This document shows, piece by piece, positions 1 to 12,056 of a DNA stretch of 64,000 nucleotides. The translations under genes were made by a program, and so were the position numbers. Under the pieces are notes generated by a model. The model was not told the origin of the DNA. It searched no databases and saw only the letters and a program-made list of their open reading frames with translations. This DNA comes from Mesotaenium endlicherianum (taxonomy: Eukaryota). The stretch is taken from assembly GCA_009602735.1 (NCBI GenBank), contig WELA01002297.1:335097-399096 (forward strand). The letters are read 5' to 3'. Positions within the stretch are counted from its first letter, which is position 1. Each line of letters opens with the position of its first letter.

Positions 1-75
<75 letters not shown>

Positions 76-92
76 GGGGAGAGAGAGAGAGA
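1..92. repeat. (GA)n microsatellite
   Basis: Near-perfect GA dinucleotide run at the window start. Confidence 0.97.
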
Positions 93-139
93 GTGAAAAG
101 AGAGAGAAAAGAGAGTACCTGGCAGCACCTGATAGCACA

Positions 140-975
140 CCTCTCTGATTTGCTCTTTTCCACACTCTCTAATTTGCTCTCTGCCCCTGCCTCCCGCGGT
201 CTCTTTCTCTCTTTTTGTTTCCCTTCCTATCTCCTTTGGTCTCTTGTAGCCCTACCTCGCTCCCTCTCCGTCCCTCCCCTTCCTCCCACCGTCCCATCGT
301 CCCATCCAACCTCCCACCCTCCCAGGCATCCTATCCCATTCTCATCCCCCCCTATGACCCTTCCCCACTTGGCCTCCCTCCCCCAACTCTCGCTCATTAT
401 CCCTCCCTCCCTTGCTACCTTCTTCCCTTGCAACCTCTTTTGCTCCCTTCCTCCTCCCCTCTCTCATTCCTTCCCACTCTTGCTCTCTCTCTTTCTCTCT
501 ACGTCTCTCCGTGTTCCCTCCCCCCTCCCAAGCTTTTCGCTCGCTCCATCCACCCCTTGTTCCCTCCCCTGCTTTAACGCCTTTCACCCTCCCCCTCCAT
601 GCTCTCTTTTGCACTCCGTCCTCTTTCCCCGCTCCCTCCCTCACTCACGCCTCCCTTCCTTACCTCCTTCCTCGTGCTCCCTCCCTCCCTCCCTCCCTCC
701 TTCCCTCCCTCCCTTGAACCCTGCCTTCTTTTCTCTTTTGCTTCCTCCTCCCCTCTCTCTCTTCATCTCTCCCTCCGCTCTGCCCCCACCCTCTTTCTCT
801 CCCTCTATCCCTTCCCAATCTCCCTCCTAATCTCCCTCGCCTCCCTTTCTCCCTCGCTTTTCCTTCTCCCTCGCTTAGTCAGCCGCTCCTCTCTCGCTCC
901 CCTACTCCCTGCTTGCTCCCTCACTCGCTCCCATCCATCTGTCGCTCCTTGCATCTTATCCACCTTCACTCTCGA
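140..975. repeat. Pyrimidine-rich (CT/CCT) low-complexity tract
   Basis: Mostly C/T. The Pro/Ser/Leu-rich ORFs here are compositional artefacts. Confidence 0.85.
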
Positions 976-1321
976 ATTTGGTGGCTTCAATTGGATTTGT
1001 GCCTCTGCGCAGTGAACCAATATCCATCAGCAACTGCAAGGATGCAAACGAGCGTTATCGGTGCTGCAATTTTTTGAAGTTGGCGTCGTTGCAGCAAAAC
1101 TTGCCAAATTGTACTTTTAAAATTCCAATTGCGTCGATCGACGCGTTTTTTAGACTCACGAGTGAAGTAACCCCGACCCTTACGCGCGTCAAGGACGACG
1201 TAACGTCTCTGGGCGACACGCACGAGTGAAACGCTTCTCGTACGCTTAGCTCGAGCGAACGACTCAGTTCACTTAATTAAGCGTGCGAAGGTCGACCAGT
1301 TTGGCGAACGGCGTAACCTTG
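976..1321 (-). mobile_element. hAT transposon terminus (5'-type end) inserted into a Gypsy RNase H region
   Basis: Ends ...CTTAATTAAGCGTGCGAAGGTCGACC...GGCGTAACCTTG at 1321, homologous to the hAT end at 41820-41878 (...CTTAATTAAGCGTACGAGGGTCGGCC...GGCGTAACCCTG). It truncates the Gypsy reading frame after PADPLS. Confidence 0.8.
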
Positions 1322-2615
1322 CTTGAGAGGGGGTCAGCCGGGATTGTCTTGCCGGGTTGGTACTGAATTGTGATGTTGTATTGTTGCGAGTATCCACTCC
1401 ATCTTGCTTGTCTCCTTGAGAGATACGGCTGCGTCTGGAGGTGCTTCAATGCCTCGTGGTCCGTGGTGACCAGCACCTTGCGTCCTTCAACGTAGCAGCG
1501 CCAAACCTTCAAGGCATGTACAATCACCAATGCCTCTCGCTCCGTGGTTGTATATTTTTGCTCCGCTGGATTTAGCTTCCTTGACTCGTAGGCAATGGAC
1601 TGCAGGCCCTTGCCTTGGTCTTGAAGCAGGATTGCTCCTATTGCACAGGAAGATGCATCGGTGATGACGTGGAAGGGCCAATCTGGGTTTGGACTTGGGA
1701 GTGTGAGCACCGGGGATGTTGTCAATCTTTGCTTCAGTTGTTGGAATGCTTCCTCCTCTTTCTTGGTCCATGTATATGGCTTGTCTTTCTTTAGTAGATC
1801 CGTAAGAGGGGCTGCTATGTGCGAGAAGCTCTGGATGAGTCTCTTGTACCAATTGACAAATCCCAAGAATGATTAGAGTTCTTTCTAAGTCGTGGGGGTT
1901 GGCCATTCCTCCATCACCGTGGTCTTCTTGGGGTCCATCTTAATGCCATCAGCAGTCACGTGGAGACCTAGGAACTCCACTTCTTGTTTGGCAAACTCGC
2001 ACTTTGACTCTTTTGCAAATAGCTTGTTTTGCTTCAATACTTCGAGGACTTCTTTCAAGTATCTTGCATGCTCTTCAAGGGTCTTGCTGTAGATAAGGAT
2101 GTCATCAATGAATACCACCACAAATGTGTCCAACATGGGCTGACATATGGTGTTCATCATAGTCATGAAAGTTGCTGGCGCATTGGTGAGTCTAAATGGC
2201 AGGACCATGAACTCAAAATGTCCATATCTTGTCCTGAACGGCGTCTTCTCTATGTCAGGTTCAGCGATGCAAATCTCGTGGTAGCCGCTTTTCAAGTCCA
2301 CCTTCGTGAAGTACTTGGCTCCTACCAGCCGGTCCATGAGCTCATCCATGCGCGGCAGCGGGTATCGATTCTTGATGGTGATCTTGTTGAGGGCGCGATA
2401 GTCCACACACATCCTCAAGGTACCATCCTTCTTCTTGACAAATAGCACCGGGGCTCCAAATGGCGACTTGCTAGGTCGAATGAAGCCATGCTCCAGTAGC
2501 TCCTTGATTTGCTTCTTGACTTCGTCTAGCTCCGTGTGTGACATTTTGAACGTAGGCCGAGAGATGGGCTTGCTTCCGGGCTCCAAGTCTATCTTGTGGT
2601 CTACACTCTCTAGTC
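1322..2615 (-). pseudogene. pol: Ty3/Gypsy (chromovirus-like) reverse transcriptase-RNase H, frameshifted and truncated
   Basis: RT motifs [50 protein letters not shown] and FIDDIL. RNase H motifs TDASSCAIGA, AYESRKL and TDHEAL. Frameshift near 1880; most of gag and the protease are missing. Confidence 0.93.
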
Positions 2616-2718
2616 ATTGTTGGTGCTGCCTGCTGCTCCACGCGTTCAAGATGCTCATGTTCGCCTCCTCCAGCTGCCGAATGCGACTCCGTAATATAAT
2701 ATGCAATTTAGTCTGGTT

Positions 2719-3475
2719 GCGATACCAGATGAAAGGGGCACAGTGCCCTAATGGAAGCGTAGTGACTCAGGAGGAACCAAACTAATTGCAATTTTACTCA
2801 AGAATGCAACGGCAGATCACTAAGATTGCCTTGGAAAATTACTTGACATTGTGACTAGCAAGAAATTGCTCACAAATGATGTAGAATAAAAGGCCTTGTC
2901 ATTACAAACCCGTAGAAATTTACAAAAGGGAAAACTAATGAGAAATGAGGAAGTTATGCTTATTGATAGTTTTCTTACCTACGTCCTCTTTGGGCAAGAC
3001 GGCCGCTTAACCACGGATTTTCCTAAGTGTTTGTCAAATCGTCCCTTTCAGAATATTTTTGAGTAGGTCAGATTAGTCTCATCTGACGTGTTGGGTGGAT
3101 TTGACGTCCACATGCGTGCATCAAAATATCTAGAATATACTAATTTAGACGCGCTAGGCTAATCCGAAACTTCTAGGTGATTCGATCTAGTCAGCACTCC
3201 ACGTCATTTAAAATTACGTGAAGGTTTGAATTCACTTTAACGGCCCAGCTCGCTCAACGCTGTTGGTCAATCCGACGGTCGCGCTCACCGCGAATCAAGG
3301 ATTGTCGTCAACCGACCTCAAAACAAATCAAACTTTGGAAATCCATAACTCTACTCAACCAAATTCAATGAATTTCATATCAAAATGAGCACAAAAATGC
3401 ACCCTACACTTTTGTGCAAATAAAACATACTTTGAAGTAACTCAAAAATGCACTTTATAAACCTATGACTTTACA
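2719..3475 (-). mobile_element. Putative 5' LTR (about 2730-3475) with Met-type PBS of the Gypsy remnant
   Basis: Minus-strand TGGTATCGC at 2719-2727 lies next to a non-coding segment bounded by TGAAAG...CTTTACA. No partner LTR in the window. Confidence 0.5.
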
Positions 3476-3654
3476 AGCACCTCCCTCTTCCCATCTCCTC
3501 ACTCCTTCAAGAGAGTGAGATGCTAGCTTGCATCAATGTCTTCATGGCTGCCCTTAGCAACTTATAAGTCATCTGTTCTTCTCCTCTTTACCCTCTCTCC
3601 ACTCCTACAAGCATCACCAACCAAAGCTCCTCCTCCAAATGAAGCAACTAGGTA

Positions 3655-4390
3655 GCTCCGATACCATGTGAAAGGGGGAATGGTGCGGTGAGTGCGCCCA
3701 TACACACTCACGCACCCTCACCCGCGAGTGGAAGCGTGCACGAGGTCCTCACCTAGTTGCATACACAAGGTGGAGTGGCCTGGTGGTGTGCCACCCTTGC
3801 AAGAGTAAGAGAGCTACATGAGAGAGGAATGAAAAAGAACTCACTTAATGAAGAAAAGTTGTGTACAAGATATCAAGGTTAGACTAGACTAGACTAGGCT
3901 AGACTCCCTCTACTTCTTTGTGCTTCCTATTTATGCTTCCATTTCAAGTGTCCTTTTCAACAAAGTTCCTCCAAAACCTTCTACTATGGCTCCTTCCATA
4001 TAGGTAACCTTGCCTTGTTGGACAAGCTAGCGCACACACACGCACACAATCACGCTCTAGAATACTTTTCTACACAACCCACTAACTCCTCACGGAGTTT
4101 CTAGAAATTCCACAATCACTTTGGCACTCTACGTATTCGTACGTAGTTTTTGGAACCCTCATGATTCAGTGTTGTACTCCCTAGAATCCAACCACATTTT
4201 TTGTTACTGGACCTGTCCTTGTCACTAAATTGAATCTCTGACTTTTTAAACTCACTAAAAACTCCCAAAACTCATAACTTTCTCAATACTTATTCAAACA
4301 ACTTGAAACAATTACCAAAATTCTTCTATGCATACAAAATGCTAGAAAAATATAAAATACATTCACATAACCTTACATTTGGTCTCTCAA
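3655..4390 (-). mobile_element. Second putative LTR (about 3669-4390) with Met-type PBS
   Basis: Minus-strand TGGTATCGGAGC at 3655-3666, next to a segment bounded by TGAAAG...CTCTCA. It abuts and truncates the integrase fragment at about 4400. Confidence 0.55.
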
Positions 4391-4401
4391 ATAAGCAAAT
4401 T

Positions 4402-5501
4402 TGTCCGTTCTTGCATATCTTGTGAACGAGTTAAGAACACCTTCAATGCACTCCCTTCCGTCCTCAATCCTCTCCCCTTGCAAGGGCTCTTTTTTCGATG
4501 ATCATTGGATTTGGTTGGACCTTTACCTCTCTCTAAGTGTCGTAGGCGCTACGTCTTGTCATGATTGAGCACCTCACCAAGAGGATTGAGTTAGTGAATA
4601 ATCCTGATAAGTCCAATGCTTACATCGCTCGTGCATTCACTGAATGTGTTCTTATGTCGCTATGGTGCGTGCGCTGAGATTCTCCCTAATCAAGGGTCAA
4701 AGTTTCAAGGTGATCTAGCTGAACTGCTTGATAAGTCATTCAGTGATCACCGTATTACTTCTCGCAACCACCCACAGACCGATGGGCTTGCTGAGCACAT
4801 ACTTCAAACAGTCAAGCGCAGCTTGCGTAAACATGCCCTCACGTATGATGTGACAGACTGGGATTTTCACATCTTATGACTTGCCATGAATTACAATTTT
4901 AGCAACTAAGCCTCTCTGCGTTTGTACTTCCCATACTTCCTTCTCTATGGGTTGGAACCCCTCCTTCCATCAGCCATACGTTGTCGGGTCATCGTTCCCA
5001 ATCACACCGATGATTATGATGTTGTCTCATCTGGATGAGCGAGCTGCCTTGTTCCTTAAGCACATGCCTATTGTCATGGGTAACTTGCTTACGGCTCAGC
5101 ACCGGGATACGCTACGTTATGCTCGTTTGCATAGTGGGGTGTACAAGCCTCGTGTGGTCAAGTTTGAGGTTGGGGATTATGTCTATTTGCATCGCAAACG
5201 TGTCACTCCCAATGGGGTGCTTACGCTTGAGGGTTTGGATGGTCGCCCCATTTGCGAGAACATGAAGAACTGTGCACCGTGTCACTTGCTTAACATCGTT
5301 AACGAAGTTAATCCGTTGCGTGCCACTGTCCCAGCTAACCACCCTCGTCAAGGGTGTGGCTCTATTTGTCGTCCCGCTTCTATCCTATTGTGCGATCGTT
5401 GCAATGCTGGTTGGCATTTAACTTGTTTGTCCCCACCTTCACCTAAAGTCCCTGAAGGTGATTGGTTCTGCCCTTTGTGCAGACCACCACCTCTAGCTTA
5501 G
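4402..5501 (+). pseudogene. Gypsy integrase with C-terminal PHD finger (degenerate fragment)
   Basis: VRSCISCERVK...PLPLQGLFFR*SLDLVGPLP...MIEHLTKRIELV, NQGSKF, HPQTDGLAEHILQTVK, then PHD GCGSICRPASILLCDRCNAGWHLTCLSPPSPKVPEGDWFCPLC. Several stops and frameshifts. Confidence 0.9.
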
Positions 5502-5966
5502 GACCCCCTCATTACTTCCTTCCCTTTCCGTATTTCCGCTGCGTCTTTCTGTATGTGGTTGTTGATTTTTTGCTTCCGTCTATTGGTTGTCGCAGGTCAC
5601 CCTCCTCATTCATGGTGGTTAGAGTCCCTGCTCCACAACCTGCGGAGTCTCCCTCCTCAGATGCTGACGCCTGCTATTGCTGACGCTCTTCGTGGGTGTT
5701 TCCTGGAGCGTGCACACGCGCCTTCTCAGTGGTCCCGTGGTCACCTTCTCAGTGGTCCCGTGGTCACCAGTTGGCCGCAACGCCCCACCTCTTCTCCGTT
5801 TCGGATTCGTATCAGGTGTCCGTTTGCCATGTGTATCACCTGGAGTATCTTCCGCCAGGGTTCTACTTCCCCGGCTTTTTAGAGACCGTCCACTCTTCCA
5901 TTGTTCCTGATGATCACAATTAGCTCCTTCGCGTTCAGCCGCGCTCACAGTCCCTCGCCTGCAGCT

Positions 5967-6244
5967 GAGGGGGGATTTTCGTAGCTCATTTTTTGCTCAG
6001 CTAGTAGCTGCCCATTTGCCTAGTAGTGCCCAGTTCAGTTTCTTGCTAATCTCTTCGCTTTTGCAGCTAATAAGCTGTGGGCTTTTCCCCCTAATAAGGG
6101 GGGTTTTTACCCACGGCACAAAGGTCACTCGCTCAGTTCCTAGTCCAAGGTGTAGTCCCTCCCTTGTAGTTGTCACCCGCAGTTTGAGTCCTTTCTCTCA
6201 ATATTATCGATGCCTAGCGTCTACCAACAGTGCCAGTTGCGACA
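5967..6244 (+). mobile_element. Polypurine tract and probable 3' LTR of the PHD-integrase element
   Basis: GAGGGGGGA at 5967-5975 is followed by a ~270-bp segment TTTCGTAGC...GTTGCGACA with imperfect inverted termini. Confidence 0.55.
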
Positions 6245-7645
6245 GGTTCATGTGTTTGCGTCTGCAAGCACATACAGGTGATTCAAGAAAACGAGGGGCT
6301 CCTTCACTTGCTCAATCTAAAGCACATGTGACATGAGAGGGGACTCAAGTGTTCATTGGTGTTGCTCAGAGTGTTGATGCGCTTCGCCAAAAATTAAAGA
6401 TTTTTTGTAACTTGATATGTGTGAACAGTGCCAAATTAAAGATTATTTTATGATATAATATGACCACTCTTCACCATGCACGACCATGCACAGTAATAAA
6501 TGACATTTTTAAAGCACTAAGTATTGCTTAGACTTGAACCGACTTGGTGAAGGCTCACGTAGCACAAGTTAAGGATTCAATTTACCTTCAAACCTCTTTA
6601 CACTATCACTATAAATGACACGTGCGCATGCAGACGCATAATTCTAAAAATGAGTGTGTTAGTACGTTGTGCGTGCCAAACATGGCCCAGGAAAGGTTTA
6701 GACTTTGGTTCATGACATGGAAGCAGTTGTATGCAGACATGTTTGACATTCACCCATGCACAATGCACGAAGAACCTGGAATCGACGACTGATATTGTCA
6801 TTGTAGGTGATGAGCGAGCTCACGTGAACGCTGTTGATTAATCTCTGCCATGGCTAGAGTCTGGCAGATTTTAGTAGAAAGTAAAGTATAGATGAAACTT
6901 TACATGAGGATCTTTTAAAGTGATAAAGTTTGACTTTCAGACTTTGAATTACAAGGTGTAGCTTTTCTTCATAAATGATATTGATTTTGCAGAGTGAATT
7001 ACAAGCATGCTGTGTAATCTTTTATGTCTGCTGGACTGCTCTGGCTAGCTAGTGTGTGTGACTAGTTGTTGCTAGAATGCTTAGCTAGGATGCAACGCAC
7101 TTGGCAACTTCTAGTCAACACATATGTCAGCAGGTGACAGATTTGACAACTGACTAGGTCCTGCAAGTGTGAACGAAAAACACTAGTCTAGTTGGAACTA
7201 GATAAGCTAGTACTAGTGTGAACACATAGTAAGCAATTCTAGGTCAACTGAATGAATGACATATTATAGCGTCAGCAGAGTCAACTTAGTCAACTTCAAG
7301 TGGTCAACTGACTCATGACTGAGGGGTCAGTCAACAAACGCTGCAAGGTATGAGCAACTCTAGTTTCAGTTGCTGATAGTAATAAATCACACATTCGAAT
7401 GCGATATTTATGGTCAAGTGGTTGCTCCCAAGCTGACTTGCTAGGAGGGGTCAGGTATCTGAGGGACAAGCGAATTGTTCTACGTCTGCAATTTCTGCAC
7501 ACATTCACTTCAGAAATAGGTACAAATGAATCTGTGGCATGTGGCAACCTGCCAAGTAACCAACATTCATAAACGGCAACATTGACAATAATGGGAAGGC
7601 TCCCCAAGGAGGAGAACCGGAGCAAATTGGGTCAAGCAACAGGAC

Positions 7646-9115
7646 CTACTCATATCTTGCTCCTAGACAATGTGTTGACGACACAAATACGCATCTTTCA
7701 TCAGTGTAAGTCCCAATGCACTTAATCCGCCAGAAGCCTAACCTGTTCAAGCTTTGGAAAACCCTTTCCCTTCCCTCGCCGCCCGCCCTCTGCCCCTCCA
7801 CTACCGGCCCAAACCTGAGCAGAAGCTGACACACGGGCAAGTCGGCCTGTACAACATCCCACCTCTCAATAAGGGCTGCCTCGGCCCCCAAGAGATCAAT
7901 CCTGAGGACATCCACCATTTGGTGGTGAAGCTCTTCCATTGATGAGCTCAGCTGCCTCCTCGGCACAACAGAGGCTCTCTTTTTTGCAACACCTGCGCCC
8001 CCCTCCTCCACGTGCTGCTCTGGGACGCTTGAGGAGGCGCTGACAGCTGCCGGGACGTAGAGGCTGTTGTCGCACTGCCCCCGGTCGACAGGGCCGATGC
8101 ACCACTTGTGGAGGAACACGCTCCTCTTCAGGCGCTTCTCCTCCCTCGTTGCCCTCCACCACTTGTCGTTGGGGAGAGAATTGAACACGTGGAAGTTCTT
8201 GTAAACACCCCCCTGTGTCATCGCCACCTCCCACTGCAAGGAGCACGCCATACAGGCTGTGTACACGACGCTCTGTGCGTGCAAGGCTGCCAGGTGCAGG
8301 GGCCACGGGTCCCCCTCAGGGCCTGTCACCTCAGGACTGCCCCAAGTTCCGAGCAGGCACAGCATGGCAGGTGGCGGGCCCCTGTACAAGCGTGCCGACG
8401 CTTGCAGCGCCCTGTTCTCGGTCACGCATTCCTTGAACGAGCGGCCGAGTATTGACTTCCGAGCAGCTGTTGCCGCCGGGCCGGCCACCGCATCGAACAG
8501 CGAGTCCCAGTTTGCATCCCAGGGGCCCTGCGCATTGCACATGCGCACGCGCACACCCGTGGCTCCCGGCTGGACGCCGAGCAGCGGCAGCAGCTCCGGC
8601 TGCGACTCGTTGGCTGTGGCGGCAGGGAGACAGGGGCAACACTTGGCGCCGTTCAGGACCGCCGTGCGGTCTAGGGCGGCCACGGGGGGGACCCAAGCCC
8701 CTGTGGGGGCCCATGCGTACTGCCGGTGGCTCAGGATGCAGAAGGGAAAGTGCGCTCGCGCGGTCGTCACACTGCACGCGAGCAGCTGATGCTTGAAAGC
8801 CTCCTCTGAGTTCAGGAGGCTGCAGCCCCTCTCCTTGAGCACGGGCAGCGCAGATAGCCGTCTGAGGGCTGCTATACTCGTCCTCCGCGTGCCAACGCCC
8901 AGCCGGTCGTTGACCCCGTTAAAGTCCAAGCCGTGGGGCACTGTGAGCACCATCCCCCCACTTGAGTCCAGCAAGGAGAGGGGCGGGGGCCTGCCGCTCC
9001 AGAAGCCGTCCATGCGAGTGCGCATGATCCACCTGTACGGCGCCCCGCGCTCACGCTCAAACTTCTCAATGAGGCTGGCGCAGCCCTCCACGAGGTCAAA
9101 GTACTGCAGCAGGCC
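7646..9115 (-). CDS. Exon 3 of a plant-type conserved uncharacterised protein (DUF7796-like by recall) plus a degenerate FkbM/Methyltransf_22-like C-terminal domain
   Basis: Open 489 codons after acceptor TTCTTGCAG|GGC. GLLQYFDLVEGC, WIMRTRMDGFW, NGVNDRLGVG, LNSEEAFKHQL, PFCILSHRQY and GAKCCPC match a conserved land-plant family. The C-terminus has HHQMVDVLRIDLLGAE and PVCQLLLRF. Confidence 0.88.
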   Translation of the reverse strand, partial: GLLQYFDLVEGCASLIEKFERERGAPYRWIMRTRMDGFWSGRPPPLSLLDSSGGMVLTVPHGLDFNGVNDRLGVGTRRTSIAALRRLSALPVLKERGCSLLNSEEAFKHQLLACSVTTARAHFPFCILSHRQYAWAPTGAWVPPVAALDRTAVLNGAKCCPCLPAATANESQPELLPLLGVQPGATGVRVRMCNAQGPWDANWDSLFDAVAGPAATAARKSILGRSFKECVTENRALQASARLYRGPPPAMLCLLGTWGSPEVTGPEGDPWPLHLAALHAQSVVYTACMACSLQWEVAMTQGGVYKNFHVFNSLPNDKWWRATREEKRLKRSVFLHKWCIGPVDRGQCDNSLYVPAAVSASSSVPEQHVEEGGAGVAKKRASVVPRRQLSSSMEELHHQMVDVLRIDLLGAEAALIERWDVVQADLPVCQLLLRFGPVVEGQRAGGEGRERVFQSLNRLGFWRIKCIGTYTDERCVFVSSTHCLGARYE

Positions 9116-9798
9116 CTGCAAGAACGAGAATGCGACACCAGAGCATGGAGCAGGAGAAGCGCACGCTTCAGCAGGGGTTCAGGGCACCGGCAGCAGGCCC
9201 TCGAGCAACCGCAGCAACGGCATCTCCATGACAAACTTTGCAGGTCGCAACCCAAGACATGGCAGGAGGCTCACAACCCACAGGAAACCAAATTCATGAC
9301 AAATCTGGAACACATGGGAACACAGCTTACAGCCCCGGCCGGGCTTGGCTGCGAGCACAGCCGGTTCCCCTGCCAGGCTGACGGGACTGCGGGTCTACAG
9401 GCAGCACACGTGCTGCCATAAGGGCACCGAAGGGTGGGGCATGGATTGTCCAGGATACCAGTAGCGACACAAGGCACAAGCAGATGGCACGAGCCCTTTT
9501 GAGATGGCATTGGCCCATCGGCCCTGCAGGTCAGCAGCAAAGTCTGGTTTGAAAGGTTGCACAAAAAAGCTGTGTCAGAAGTGGCCAGCTCCCTGCCCTT
9601 TCTCATCCGTCAGATTGTGCAGCAAGGTGAGGCCTGTGACTACCTCAGTAGGCAGAACAAGAAACAGCCCTAGCAGATAAGTCAGACATAGCACAGCAGC
9701 TCTGCTCAACGCCAAGGTCTCGTGACAGATAATCCCAGGGTATTAAAGAAGCCAACCCTTCAGCACACAAGTCACCGTAGGTCAGAAGAGACACCCCC

Positions 9799-9802
<4 letters not shown>

Positions 9803-9876
<74 letters not shown>

Positions 9877-10470
9877 NATAAAGACCAGTGATGTATTTGA
9901 GCACCCAAGGCTCGTGAGCTCAGTTTGGCTGCACGCTGACTCGTGTGAACATTTTCAACAAGAACATGCAAAAACATACACGCACACAAAGACACGCGCG
10001 TGCGCACAAACACACACATGCGCGTGCACACACACGCACGCGCGCACGCACACACACACTCACACACACGCACACACGCACGCACGCACACACACATCCA
10101 CCAACAAAACCATTTGCACCGGCTACATTCAATATGGACGAGGGAAAGAGGGAGGAAGAACAGGCGGGAAAAAGGAAGGGAGGGGGGGGAGGGAGGGAGG
10201 AAAAGAGGCTAAGGGAGGCAGGAACAAGGGAGGTACGGATGGCAGGGAGGGAGAGGGGGGAGAACCTTGGAGAGGCGAAAGGCGATGAGATCCAGCATGG
10301 ACGTGAACTGGCTGAACACCAGCGCCTTGGCCGAGGGGTCCTTCTCCAGCATGATGTCCAGCTCCTCCCTCTGCTCGCGCCACCCGCACCACCCACCCGT
10401 CATAGCCACGACAGGGTCACTGTGAGAATGAACACACATGCACCCGCCTGCTCAAGCACGCACGCACACG

Positions 10471-10506
<36 letters not shown>

Positions 10507-10532
10507 ACAAAGTCATCGCACGCTTGCGTACC

Positions 10533-10582
<50 letters not shown>
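9803..10582. repeat. Intronic microsatellite cluster: (GA)n at 9803-9876 and 10535-10582, (CA)n/(CACG)n tracts between
   Basis: Seen directly; a single n at 9877 marks a contig join. Confidence 0.92.
10266..10370 (-). other. Isolated exon of a SNF2-family RAD5/RAD16-like helicase
   Basis: REELDIMLEKDPSAKALVFSQFTSMLDLIAFRLSK, a typical SNF2 helicase-C VFSQF motif, bounded by CAG| and |GT; 35 codons. Confidence 0.75.
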
Positions 10583-10585
<3 letters not shown>

Positions 10586-11089
10586 CTATTTTATCTTAGT
10601 TTGTAATGATGTTCGGAGAGGTATGATTCTGAGTACGTGAATCCTGAGTATGTGTTCAGGCTGAGGGTACATCTCAGACACCTACTGCATCTGCTGCAGA
10701 GCCTAGAAGTAGCTGACAGACAGCTGTGCGTACAAAAGTTTTGACGCAGACATGCTTTGAAGAAGTGATTTGAAAGAAAGTCCCCTCCCCGCCCCTCCCC
10801 CTCCCCACCTCGAGGCCTTCCTCTAGCATCCGTCTGAAGTGAATCTGTAGAGCTTAGACAGCGACAAGCACCTGGATGTTGAAGAGGAAGGAACCTGACG
10901 AGCACTCTCCTCAACGATCGGCAATGCCAGTCAGCCATTTCTCAAAGAAGAGAGCTCTGAGCCTTGCCTGTCCGCTCGCCAGTACCACATTAATGCAATG
11001 GGATTCAGCCACACCCATTTTCACATCTGCAAATGAAACATGTGTCGTCTCGTGACTTCAGAATGAGAATCTGCATCAAGTAGGCTGAC

Positions 11090-11353
11090 CTGCAGGCCAT
11101 TCGATGATCCCCCAGCTTTCAGAACCTGCAATGCGGCCTCGTCTTCCTTCATGGGCCCCTGGGGAAGAATTGCCAGTGAGGCAATTCTGGGGGTTCCAAG
11201 CAGGACTGACAGTTTGTGTGTGTTCTCATCGATTGGCACATTCAAGAAGACGTCGGAGCCGGGATAGGCTTTCAGAAGGTTCTCCTTAATTGACCATCCT
11301 GTCAGATCGAATGCTTGAGCGCCTCCCACAAGACAGACAGCAAGTTCATCCAC
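11090..11353 (-). CDS. Exon 2 of the same gene
   Basis: Acceptor TTTTGGCAG|GTG and donor CAG|GTCAGC; 88 codons, phase 0. LAVCLVGGAQAFDLTGWSI...GGSSNGLQ joins to GLLQYF as in the plant family (SPNGIQGLLQYF). Confidence 0.88.
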
Positions 11354-11888
11354 CTGCCAAAACGTCAAGAAGAATATACAAGAGAGCAAAGAATGGGGGT
11401 TTTGAACCGGGGAGGGGAAAGGTGGTAACTCTAGGGGTCAAAGGGTCCGACTGGCGAGCAGATGGTAGAACTGAGTCAACATGTTTGCACATCCTGCCAA
11501 AAGGTCAATCTTGAGCAGCACCTATACTTGGAGTCAAGGATACCAATGAAAGTAGGGCAAAAAGATATAAAAAGGCAAGGCTTGTATGGAGACCGTCAGC
11601 AGGTGATTAGCCAGTCAGTCAGTCTTTTAAGCTAGTTCTACATTTGGCTTAGAGCGCCCTGATAGAAGCAGCCTGTGCAGTTAACCAGAAGCTGAAGGAA
11701 GAAGTAGACCTCCACTTCTTTCAACAGCGTACAACATGAGTAAATAGCAGACGGGAAGCTGCTGGAATTTCCCATAGTTCAGCCTCTTCGCATATGAGCT
11801 GGTAAAGATTAAGGCTGGCCGGACTGCACCAAAGTACTAATTTCAAAGGAACACGTACATAATAATTTTCAGCTGGAGCCTGCCTTAC

Positions 11889-12056
11889 CTGACTACTTTC
11901 GATCGTTTTTAAGCCGTAGAAACAGTAAGATGCAATGAGGAGCGAATTGAATGCAGCTCCTATGACCAATAAGAGCCGCCATCGCTTCCCCCACATGCTC
12001 CAATTAAGTGAACACAGTAACTTTGCCACTTTTCCAAAAGCAGCCTTCGAGCACAT
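11889..12056 (-). CDS. Probable exon 1 of the same gene (N-terminal transmembrane anchor)
   Basis: ATG at 12056, basic residues followed by hydrophobic LLLVIGAAFNSLLIASYCFYGL, and a strong phase-0 donor CAG|GTAAGG at 11888. The start codon choice is uncertain. Confidence 0.65.

Noticed and set aside
93..1020. Long Pro/Ser/Leu-rich and Gly/Arg/Glu-rich ORFs
   Set aside because: Products of stop-poor CT-rich low-complexity DNA.
5720..5768. 23-bp direct duplication CCTTCTCAGTGGTCCCGTGGTCA
   Set aside because: Local slippage duplication in a transposon 3' region; no sign of function.
9645..10640. ORFs with RERE/THTH runs
   Set aside because: Microsatellite translations.
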